From assembly GCA_030141605.1 (NCBI GenBank), contig JAQGDQ010000011.1:1445319-1509318 (forward strand): a stretch of DNA of 64,000 nucleotides, read 5' to 3'. A program made the position numbers and the translations under genes. This stretch comes from Tubiluchus corallicola. Taxonomy: Eukaryota; Animalia; Priapulida. Positions 40,349 through 52,800 of the stretch are shown one piece after another (position 1 is the stretch's first letter; every line of letters begins with the position of its first letter). The notes beneath the pieces are model-generated. The model was not told where the DNA came from. It ran no database searches and saw only the letters and a list, made by a program, of their open reading frames with translations.

Positions 40349-43300
40349 CTAGGAGGTGCTCGTTTGTTCGTCGTAATTCTCTGCCAGCGTTTCAAGAAAA
40401 GCCAGTGCTTCTTGAAAGTCATCTGATTCTAGTCCGGCTTCAATGTACTTGTGAAATTTGTGGATGTTGAATCGTCTACCAGCTTTGCTTAACTCTTTGA
40501 GCATGTGTGAGCAGTCAGATGCGGAACTGTGGCATGTCATTACGGGCACACTGTCCACACCTGGAATAATAACACAGTGACTGAATGAACATGTAGATTA
40601 TTAAATTTTGGCAATCATCGCATCAGAAAGGTGGAACTGAGCTTGGATTTAACACCAGAGACCTTGGTGCTGAACTGAAATACACAGAACCTTTTTCATA
40701 TCCAGTCAGAATCCAAATTTTTTCACATTTTTCTTTGTCACGTTTGGTTGAAGAAATGTTCTATCATTAACAGATATTCTTCTAATGAAGGTGATAACGA
40801 ATAATTTAAATATGTAAACAGTTTACTGGAAAGTAGCAGATGAAGCAGATATCATGTGTTTTTATTATGCCTCTCACTCAAACACATTTTGGAAATATAA
40901 AAATATTACTTTCCTGATTTGGAAAGGATTTTACATTACGTCACCAATGATTTCATATTTAAACCTGAATGTCATCAATAAGGGTGAGCATCGAACGTTC
41001 GAGTTCAAATGTTCGAATCGAGTTTTTTAAGTTCGGATTCGATTAAATTATAGATTTGAATAATTCAGTACTTCAGCCACACACGTTCTTTATCATCAAA
41101 ATGTTTGAAACAGCATGCAGTTGTCACAATTTAGCTGCAGTTTCTATGCAAAATTTTTAACTTTCTAATGGTGGTTTTAGTGCAGGACAAAATCAAGTAA
41201 TATGCATGATCCTTGTAAGGCCAATTCTTACTAGTGGTTCGAAAAAACTTGTTGGAAAATCTTTCAAATTCGAATTTCATTTGGATTTGAAATACTGAAA
41301 TTTGGTTCGATTCAAATTTGAAAGTCACAATTTCGATTCGATTTCGATTTCTGGTAGCGAATGCTCACCCCTAGTCATCACACAAATGAAAGAGCCAGCT
41401 AACTCGACTCTAGGCTCCACGGGGTCCCGTATTGGTTCTTGTAAATTAGTGAGTCTCTGTGTTGTTTGGAGAGTTTTAGGTTTCTCATATTGTGTTCTCT
41501 CTTGTGGTTGGGGAAAATGCAGAATTGCCTAAAATGTGTATTAATCTTCTGACACTTATTACAATGGTTTGTTTTCCCAGTATGTAGACATTGTTTGGTG
41601 CTAAAATAATTGTTTGCTGGTTGTTGTGATCTTTGCCGGAAATCTGATATATAAGGTAATATGTTTATGTTTTCTTTATAGTTTTCTCCACATCAGATTA
41701 GTGTATTTCTACTTATATTTTGACAGTTTGAATTTCACTCTTGTGATCGTCTTGATTACTAGCATCATAATTGTACTAATTATTGATTTCTGCTTGGTTT
41801 ATAACATTGAAAATGACAGTTGCTGTCGAAACGATTGTCTGCGCTAATAAACATGTTAAAACCTGAATGTGCCCATACTAATTTATGTTATAAAAAAGCT
41901 GATAATATTACTTCTTCTTGTGAGGTTAGCACACTTTAACTAAAGAATAGTGATTCTCTGCTAGAGTATATAGGTTTTCTAGAGCGCCGTCTGTGATATT
42001 GCATCATTTGTCGCCACTGTGTAAAACTTACTATTCTACGTGTTGATTAGCAATCACCAAAAGTATAGTAGAAACTGGCATTGCTCTTACAGTCGATCAC
42101 AGTCATTTTTGGACGCAAGGAATTTAGACATCAAAATTAGAAGAATTTAATAAAAAGATAGCGCTGTCTGGTTAGGCTCCTTTTAATAAAAGCCATACCA
42201 ATAGATGAACGATAATACAAAATGGCATGCTAATACGAAATGCTGTTTGACCACACGTCGCCATTGCCAGTTCACACTCTAGTTCTAGGGCTTCACACCT
42301 TGAAAAACCTGAACTGAACTTTAAATGTACTGATATTTTTGGCTAAAGTTTACAATTCCTCACATACAGGAAATTAGTTGACGAAGCAGGTTAGGGTTAC
42401 ATTTAGTGTTGAAGTTATGGTTACGGTTATTTAAATTGTGTGGAAATTATAAACTCCTTTCGTATTTGTCTATCGAACATAAGCCGCACCCAAATCAGCA
42501 ACACTCGTTTGTTGCATTTCCCAAGTTGTGGATCATTAAATCAGTAAATGGCTTCATTTCACATAGTGGTTTCATTAGACGTAAGTGAATAATGCCATTT
42601 ACCCTGCTCGCTTATCATTCACAGGTTGCACAGTGTTAACAGATATTGTCTACTGTTATTTTTATAATGGCATATTGCTGCATTAAAGCATAAGAAAATG
42701 CTCTTCATAAATCGTCTTGAAATTTTATACCATGTACATACTGTCTATTGAGTACAAAGCTTGTGTGTGCAGTAATGCTGTATAAAACTCGTAAATTTAA
42801 ACTCTCGTGATGACAGTTAGGTGCAGCCAATATAACAGTAAGTCGTATGAAACAAGTTTAGAAAACATTGTGTAAAGTTTGAAGAATAATCAGAGGATTC
42901 ATAGCATACTCTTCTCTAACTAGGCAAAAGTATAAATTACTTATATTGTCAATAAGATATAATGTATTTTTTGTGAATCAGTGGTGCACACTGGGAAGGT
43001 GAGTCAGTGACATTTTACCAGTTGGTGCAAACATTTTGAATTATTAAGAATTTTCTTTTGCAATTACAAAGTCTTTCTAACAGATAAGCATAATGCTAAG
43101 TAATATAACTTTATATTGAAACTATTTTGGGATGTACTTTAAAATTTCCTTCTCGTTTAATGAATTACAGCTTTTATTAAGTAAATTACTCACTGAGTTC
43201 CACTAAAATAGATAATCAATGCATTACACTTTTGCACCTGTTAATGTAGATGCGCTCTTTGTTGAAATCAAGCCATCGTGTGAAACATCCGGCGTGAATA

Positions 43301-46300
43301 TTTGAGGAAATGGAGCTGTAACTTTACAAGCTTCGCTGAATGCCAAACTACCGCTGAAATAATAATCAAAAATTGTATAGAAAAAAATAAGCATGCACGA
43401 AAAGAATGATCAACTATTTAATGGATAGTTGAAATGTCACACAGTGTGTATTGATTGATACTATTAGATTAGATGAGATTATTATTTTATTTCAATAGCT
43501 AGATCATAAATTACATAAAGATATACACACAATTACAAATACATTTACAATTATAATCACAAAAATATCTAAAACTACAAGATCAGACTGTAGCAGCAAT
43601 ACGAATCAGTAACGTTTTTCGTTGGTTTATCCGGGTTGTTGGTAGTCCGGTTTTATGATGTCACGAGCGATATTATAAGAACAGTTGCGAAAAAACTGAT
43701 CAATCTATGTTACTACTACTATGAGCACTACTGTCTTGATTTGGCACAGTACTGCTTACCTTGGAGTACTGACAGTTTTTCCTATTGAGGAAAATGTTAA
43801 CCTGTGTGAAATGTACAAGAACAATGGTTTGTTAGACGAGCCAACACAGAGCTATCATGACACATTGGTTCAGTATGGATGTGAAGCATTCTACCAATCC
43901 TTTAACATTATGGACCCACTATGTAGAATGAACTGTTGGTTTTCAGAGAGTGGCTTTTTTGACATAAAACATTCTATGGGGTTATAACATAACATAGATG
44001 GAAATGCTGGATCATCTTCTGTCTAATGAGATGGACATGTTAGTTCTTGGTCAATACCAGCATAAAGATGTGCCACCAGATTTTCTAAAAGGGAAAACTA
44101 GATTATTTGTATATCGAAGGCTTTCCATTATGAGGGTTAGAGATGATGATATACAGGCAACAGACATTCGAAAAATTTATTTCGGTTTTTGTAATTCAAT
44201 GATAACCATCAAACCTCGTGCTTTTGCACACTGGCCCAAACTGGAGATTATATTAAATGCTTCAGCTGACAGTTTAATTAAGGCCGATCTAGATTTGAGT
44301 AACAACCCAAGATTCAATACTATAAAAATCGCTCAGACATGACTGCAGCACATAGCAATGCCGAAGTTGCACCCGAATGCCTCTATATCTGATGTGGGAA
44401 TATTCCTAAGAGGCAGTCAATGTTTTGTCTGCGATCGCAAACTCGCTTGGACCAAGAACAACATGTGGAAAAGAAGCCTTGTGTACTGTTCCAAACCAAG
44501 ATTTCCCGATCATCAAATTACCATTGACGAGTTTCTTCCATGCTCAGACACTGAGACAACTATCGCTATCTTGACGGACACTGTTGAAGTTACCACTGCC
44601 TCGCTGTCCACTGAACTTACCACTCACGGATGCTCTACTGTTGTAGCTGCTGCCGTGTCAATATATTTTAATGTTATACCATGAAAGTTGGGTAGCTGGA
44701 CCAAAAACTTGATCTGCATTTTCAGCCATTTTTGCAGTTTTTGTTGCATCAAACCAGTAATTTGCAGTGGTTTATAAATGTAATTCATTTTTCTTACAAA
44801 ACTTTAATGTTGAAATAAATTTGGTACAGTAAAATCAAACTTATATCAGAACAAATTTGGTATGATAGGGTTGAACATACAAAATGTTGTAGTGTGAAAA
44901 AGTAACGGCCAATATTTTCGCGCTGAAAGCTAATTACACCTAGAAGCGAAATCATCTTCAGGTATTGATTCTTCACAAAAATGTTAGCCTACACTGGTTA
45001 GTTAGTTTGTTTAGGTTTTTCTTTAGGACATAGTTCAGAGATAACACCTTAAGTAACTCAATTCTTATTTCCAAGGTGGTCCAAACTATTATTACCCGCA
45101 TGTTACTTCAATAAACCCACGTGCTTGGTCAAAGAACCAGCGGTACAATTTTTTAAGTCCAGTAAGACTCAGTCGGGAGCTGAATCCGTGACCTCTGAGT
45201 GGAAAGCAAGCATGCTACCATTAAGCTATACCCCGAGTTCACAAATACTGTTACATAATATTCACCAAAACTGTTATTTTTAACTGCTCACTTTGTTCAG
45301 TAAAACCCAAGTACGCACCTGAGTTGCTCTGGACACGCATGTCTCATGTATTGATCCAGTAACACGTTGAATGTTTCAGTACCCTGTGTTGCAGGTACTC
45401 CTCTCAAAACCACGGACTGGGGGCCACCACGAGAAGAACTAAAAACATGGATAAAAAGACGATGATAAAAACAATGACAAGGTACGACTCCGTGCACACG
45501 GACAGCTCTATACTTATCAAGTTTATCAAGTTTTTTCCCTATAATGAACTGAACTTAATTTAACAGGGACTTAACTTAATGAGAAATCCTAGGAATGAAT
45601 TTGGAAAATTGAATTTAATGCCACATGAATGGGGTAATTTACTATGCACATTCCAGATTAGAATGTTTCCTCGCCAAGTAACTCGCAAGAGTGTTCAGCA
45701 TAAAGGGTAAAAAACTTGCTAAGAGTTACTCTCTGATAGTAAGCAGCAGCTGACACTCACTTCTCTATTCACTGCAAGAAGTAATCTTCTGTTCACACTA
45801 GACAGTAAATCAACTTGCAGCAGCTGTCGGAGAGTTGCAAAGCAGTTCACACTCGCGAGTTTACTGTCAGAGAGAAAACTCGCTACAGGAAACTCACTTG
45901 TCTGAAAACACCATTAGCGCAGTAACTTTTGTACTTAATTTCAGTTTATTAAATGGATCGAATTGCTTTTCTGATATTTATAACTCTAGCTAAGAAAACT
46001 TCAGCTAGATGAGGGATCTGCAGCTTGGACCTATAACAACTCAACAACTTTCTTCCAACATAATGCTGGTATTATTCTGATTACCATTATTTGCATAAAA
46101 ATCCCATAATTAGGGTGTCTCATAGCTTGCTTGGAGCAAGTGTAAAAAGCAGACATTTCACACACCTGCAATAAGGAGTCACCATCGTCCAAGGCAAAGT
46201 AACATCCAACCTGCGAAATGCTGTTTGTATAGACATACCCTCTTCAAGCGGAAATGGTACACTCATTCCTAGTGCTGCCATCTGAAGGAAGAATCAATTT

Positions 46301-49300
46301 TATGAAAATTCTTATTTTTGAAGAAAAGTGTAAGCATTCTGTAAAATAAATAATACAGTAAGTCCTCACTAAACGATGCTAATGCTTTCCAGCAAAACGC
46401 GACGTTAAGCGAAACGTCGTTAAACGAAGCCAAAACTTCCATAGGAAGTAATGTAAACGAATTGAGATCTGTTCCAGAACCAAAAATCAATGCATCAATG
46501 CAGCTTAAATCACATAAATTACACATTTTATGTTTTATTCATATTTCTACTGATTAATTTCTTTCTGTTTGCATGAAGCTTATCTTTTTTAGCAGTATCT
46601 AGCTAGGTTTGCTAGCGATTTCTCCTGTTTAGACACTACGTAGTGAAAGCCAAGCTCTGTATGGTGCAACCTTGAGACAATTTCATGTAGTACTAATCTG
46701 GTTGTTATAGCAACAGATTACAGACCAAATTCCTTGGCATAAAGTTTAAACTCGGGTGTCATTTGATACAAATGGCTAGAATTTAGTATGTAGTCAGTCA
46801 GGAAGCATAAACATTATAATAATTGCACTATTTAGGTTACTAATGCATTTTTAGAAAAGAATAACGCAATATGTACCGTTTTAATGCTTCAAATTAGGCA
46901 AAAAAGTTGTTGATAACATATATAAAACGGCTGTGAGCAAAATAAAAAAAATTGTCGCTAAAATGAAACGGTGCGTCATTAAGTGAGAAAAATGTTTCAA
47001 ATATTCAGCATCGTTAAAACGAAACATCACTAAATGGGGAGTCTTTAAGCAAGGACTTACTGCATATCTTTGCCTGCTTTGAGCATACATGGAGAACATT
47101 ACCTTTCTTCCACACATGGCAAGCGTGTCCGTAATCTGGTATATCGGAACTTTATTCATGTCGATTCGATAAAGTAGACTCAACGTGTCCAAAGCTAAAG
47201 CAAGTACCGCACTTGTGTGATATGCTAAATCTGCCTACAGAGAGTACAAATGCCAAAGTGGCAAATACAACAGAAAACATGGTTACTAATAATATAACAA
47301 TTCCAATACATCGTAGAGCTATGATCTTTTTCAGCTATAGAGTAACATCACAGAATAGTTAGGTTCACAAATTAGAATCACAAAGTGGTAAAGTACTGTG
47401 TGAGGAAAAGTAAATACTCCGTAACAATAGCTGACAGTTTACTTATGAATGAACACAAAGAAGCAACAATATCACTCACTGCTGATGAGTGATCTTACCA
47501 CACCTTGTAATCTAAGTGGGAAAATTTGACACAATCCATTTTTGCCACCCAGCCATCTGGACACAGAGAAAGAGGAGTCAAAACTGATGCATCACAAGAC
47601 ATCTTGCTAAAACTTAGCAGCGTATTTAGTGTCCGACAGGTGTCATAGTAAATGTTCTTGAAAAAAACAGTAGTAGTTTAGATGGTTATACTGATGTGTT
47701 GAGTGACTAAAAATCAATTAATCTCACATGAAATGTTTAACAACACAGCAAAATGATGAACAATATAGCCAGGCCAGATTATCCTATAAGCTAGTACAGG
47801 TTACAGTCTAGAGTTCATCTAGCTTGGGGGTCCCTCATGGTAACACTTAGTTAAAAATCTATTTTTTCGTTATGGTTGTGTTGAAATATGTGCTAATTCG
47901 ATTTGTTATAAATAGTAAGATAGCATATTTTTATTGACAAACAAAAGGTAAATATTCTAGTTTTTTTAAAAACTTTGCAATAAGTTTATTTCAAGCTATG
48001 TAAATGTAGCTAAAATATATCATGAGTAAAAAACACCCAAGATGGACACGAGTGAGTTAGAGGGTGACTCCGTTGAAGGGAGGCCCAATAATATCACTAG
48101 TTAGGGTCCCAAAAGTTCTTAATCAGGCCCTGAATAGAGCAGTCGAGAAAATTTCAAAGATTAAATGTAGCAATGCAAAACATGCATATCGAGCAATGTA
48201 GTTTCCTTAAACCAAAATTCAAGACATAATTCAAGTCTGTTTTGTTATGTATACACGTACTATATTATACATATTACATACACTATGTAATTTACTATGA
48301 CATAAACTTGCTTATCAAAAACAGACAAAATGGGGGTGAGGATTCTCTACCAAAAAGTGAGTTGGAATCGAATTGAATTTTTGACCTTCAAACTCTAATC
48401 AAACTGAATAGAATTTGAATTCAATTTTAAAGATTTCTGAATCATGAATAAAAAGAGGTCTCACAAAGATCATGTATGTTACTTGATTTTATTCTATCGT
48501 AAAAATGATAATTTGTTTAAAAATTGCGCACAGAAGTCACAGCTAAATTGTGCTGATTCTATGATGTTTCAAATGTTTAATGATAAAGTACATTGTTACC
48601 TGAGGTTTTGAATTATTTGAATCCATAATTTTAGGTTTGAGGACTTTAATAGCCACGATAAAAGTGACATTTGATAAAAATTAATTTAACTTGAACCCAG
48701 TTCAGATTGGAAAGGAATAACAATGACTGCAAGGTGTTTTATTAAGATTTTTTTTAAATCTATTGCAGTTACAATTAAATGGAAGGAGTGAAAACTTACA
48801 GATTTTTCATACGATGTTGGACTCACTGAGAACACTAAAACAGATTTTCCCCGGTACTCCTCTTGGATATATTGTAAAATCTCTGCACCTAATCCTCCAA
48901 AGCCATTATACGAATCTACTAACAATTGAAAACCCTGAATAAAAATCAAATAAAAACAACATGTAGATATCTGTGTTAGTCAGTAGCATAGACCAAAAAA
49001 TAAAGTGGCTACCCATCTAGCAAACAGGTAACCTCTTCCCATAATAGTAATATTAGCTTTAACACAAAATTTTTATTTTGAAGCAACGACACATTATCAA
49101 CTTTCACTTTCCAACAAAATCCTAAGCACCTCACAGTATCCAGACTTCATTAGTCAGTGAACATTATGCGCCACACTCATCCAACTTTGTCCAGTCAATT
49201 TTTACCATCCAACAAAAATCATCTTTCACGGACATGCAAATTTCATGTCTTGTGGCTTGCAAATTCCTCTCTCGATTAGAGTGATGAATTAAGAATATGA

Positions 49301-49844
49301 AACAAAATGTTTTTTTTACCAAAACAGTTCATGTGTATTGTATTGTATTGTATGGGTATTGTAGTACTCGAGTCTGAGACTCGGACTTGACTTGGACTTG
49401 AGTTGAAAGACTTGACTACAAAACTGGCATGCATTACAGCAAAGACAACAACAGATTGCAATTAAATAAAACAGTTGTTTGAAAATTTGCTGATTTTGCT
49501 GGTAATTGAAGATAATTTTGATGGTAATTGGAGCAAATCTTAACATCAAAGGTTATTAAGTAGTCAAAATCAGTTTCATTGTGGATCCATAAATTATCTT
49601 GTTGCATACTTGAATACTGTCACATTCCTCGGCAAAGAAATGTAATCTGTCTTCTATTTCGTCAGACGTGTGACCGTTTTTCCATAGTTGCTGTCCTAAT
49701 CCAAAGATTTCAAATGACGACGTATCACTAAAGCAGGAGAATGAAAAGTATTAGTACCCTAAACCAGAAGCAATCAGTAAATGATAGAAGCTTTCAGCTG
49801 CTCAAAATCTAGGACTCAGCAGGAAAGAGAAAATGTAGGAGAGC

Positions 49845-49894
<50 letters not shown>

Positions 49895-52800
49895 CGAGAG
49901 AGAGAGAGAGAGAGAGAGAGATGACATAGCAAATAGTATCCTGGACCTCAAAATTTTGGAAGCCCTGTATATTATTAAAAAGCAGCTTCTCAACACAGTG
50001 CCTCTCACACATTCTGAACGGTTTAGCAAAATAAACTTGATTTAACAATTACATAATTCTATTGCTTTCCATCATTCATGTTTTTGAGAATGACTTTTCA
50101 CATTTATAAGTATTTTTTTGAGTAAAATTCAGTTGCTTTGTAAAATGCCTGGAAAGTGCAAGAAACATGTCAAGTATATTATAAATGTTAAATTTCTTTT
50201 TACTTAAGTTTGCTAACCAAACAATGAAAGAAAAAGAGAAAGACAAATACGAGTTAATGTTCTAAGAAGTAAAGGCACAAAAAAGTCATACACAAGTAAT
50301 TCAGTCCATACCTGTCTGTGTCAAACTGATATTCATTAACTATATACATCGACTTTGGATGTAGATGAGTGTGGAGAAAATCTGACCAGACTTTTACAAT
50401 CGAGTCTAAATCATACAAATTAGGAAAAGACATGGATTCCTTAGTCTGATTCTTAGCGATATCTGACGGTTCAGATGTATCTGTAAACATAAACAAATAA
50501 AACCGCTTGAAAACAGCCTCTATTTTATATATTTTAATGAAACGGTTTTCTTTCGTAAAGTACAGCAGTTTATTCTGAGTGAGACTCACTGCTACCATTT
50601 CTAGCTTCCAAATGCTTTTTCTTGCAAAGAAACTACAGTAGGCGCTGCTAATAGACTAACTTTGGGACCAACGTTTTTTGACCCAATTAACTGACTGAAC
50701 CTATTAACCGATGGGTGTAGTATTACAGCTATAGAAGTAAGAGTTACCAGCTTACTATGCACTGCAAAGGCTTTTAATGAATTTTAGAAACAAAGTAATG
50801 CCTAAATTATTTGTGCAGTTAAAAATTAGAAAAAAATATTTTAAAATATTAATTTATATAAGTGAATTAGCAATAAATTAAAAAGTATACTTTTCTAAAT
50901 CACAGACTTTTCAAAGTCTGTTTATTTGCAAAAATTACAAAAATTCCTTCAAAGTCGGCTGCTTCATTTTCTCGCGAAGAAGTTGGTCCACAAAGTTCTC
51001 GTAATTATAAAAACATTGAAAATCTGTTGTTGTGCTTGACTAAAACAGTTCTGAATTGTCTGCTCACTTACATTGCCCTTATTTACTGTACAATGTTTAC
51101 TCTTGTAAGTCACAAGGAATACCAGTTGATTACTGTACCTGCATCTTTGACTATTAACTCATTAAGCCTGAAAGCGTAATTTGCAACGAAAGCATCAAAA
51201 GCACCAAGTGATTAAATGTTTAGCTTATAGAAATTCTTTGGGTAACAGTGGGCAGCAGATAACAGATTCAAAGCAAAACCGCGATGCTAGCGTATTAGTG
51301 CACAATAAGTGTACCTGCTTATAAACAAAACAGTACTTAACATGATTGTATCTACATATGTAGTGCATAAAAGGGAAGTAAAAATGACATAAAAGCAAGA
51401 AAGGCTCTTTTGGCAAGTACAAACATCTTATTTTAAGTGGGTGAAGGAAAAATATTGAGTCAATTATGCAGAGTTATTTGAGTAAATTACCGATAGTTTT
51501 AATATATATTTGAATAGAAGCGGCCGGTTCTAGGCGGTTTTGAGTCAATTACGCGATTGAGTCTATTAACCGTGAGTCTATTAAGCAACTGTAAGTATTA
51601 TGCAGCCAGTGTAAAACTTAGCGCAACTTTTTGTAGGCAAAAAGTTTTGGGATTTTCCATCGATTCTTCTAGCCAGGAAGACACAGGTGCCTCAACCCAA
51701 GAATTCTGTTGCGTCATAAACACAGACTCACTATTAAATAACAAGGCACATGACAGCTTTTATTGAATATTTTTTAGGCTTGAGCAGCATGTTAAATAAC
51801 CAACTTCAAAGTCAAAATAAATTTGAAGAACCTGCCTGTTAGGTTGAAAAACATTCTTTATTGGATAGCATTGTTAATGTCTAGGGTATGATTTGATCCA
51901 GAATTGAGCCCACAATCCCGAGGGTAAAAAAGGGTTACCAATGAACTAATTTGCCTGGTACGTAGAGCAGCAATTGAGGAAGAAGCAGAAAAAAACAGTT
52001 TTCTTTCATTTTCAATGAGACCTTACATTTAATAGACACCTTTATTAGATGCATATTTACTACCTACATGATATTGCTTAATAGAGAGAGAAAATAATCA
52101 CATACCCATTTCTACTTCATCGTTATCATCTTTGTCTACAGAAATCTTTAAACGCTTTACTGCGCTGGTATTAATATGCTTGTCCTGCAATTGTAAAACT
52201 GTTCATTTAGTTTACTTGTGATGCAAAGGAAATGTCTTTTGACGACATACATTCTCTGATTAAGCAACAGGCCGGAGTCTAGTAGTACTTAAAAAGAATT
52301 TGAACAGCGTACAGTGCAGCTTTGCACAGGTTTTCCTTATCTAGCAAATTGTAGAAAAAGTCGCTCCCCTTAGAATCATTCAAAATATTTTTCGGTAATC
52401 TCGCTTTTTCTAAGTTTATTTAGTAATAGAAAGCATTTTATTTTCTTCATCAACAACTAATAGTTGGTTCATACATGCAGAATGTTGTTTTTTATGTCAA
52501 AAAAGCAGCAGTTTTAAGTTTAAACAAAACTCAGTCTTTACTATCATTCGTCACGAAAAGTGTAAGTGTTAAAACCTTTTCGGGAGAAAGTTATTTTGCT
52601 GAAATCATCTAGGTTAAACCACTCGACAGTCTATGCATGGAAATATACACACCTTCCGTTCACTATGGATTTAGTATGCTTTGGACAGGATTTCTCTCTT
52701 TCAGCTAGAGATCGCTGTTCTGAACATGTGTGTTACGGTTGGCCTTTAGTTGCCAAGTCATAAAGTGATTATACTGTCCATGTCGTCATACTAGGTAAAG

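Noticed and set aside
43671-43686. Baculovirus-type ATAAG/CAGT promoter before the LRR ORF
   Set aside because: The motifs are too short for AT-rich DNA, they fit an ordinary TATA/Inr equally well, and no viral genes are nearby.
44340-44342. Selenocysteine or readthrough at the in-frame TGA of the LRR gene
   Set aside because: No SECIS recognised, it is not a redox-Cys position, and a separate frameshift indicates decay.
45165-45236. Functional tRNA gene
   Set aside because: The B-box is degenerate, the acceptor stem is incomplete, and it continues into a SINE-like body.
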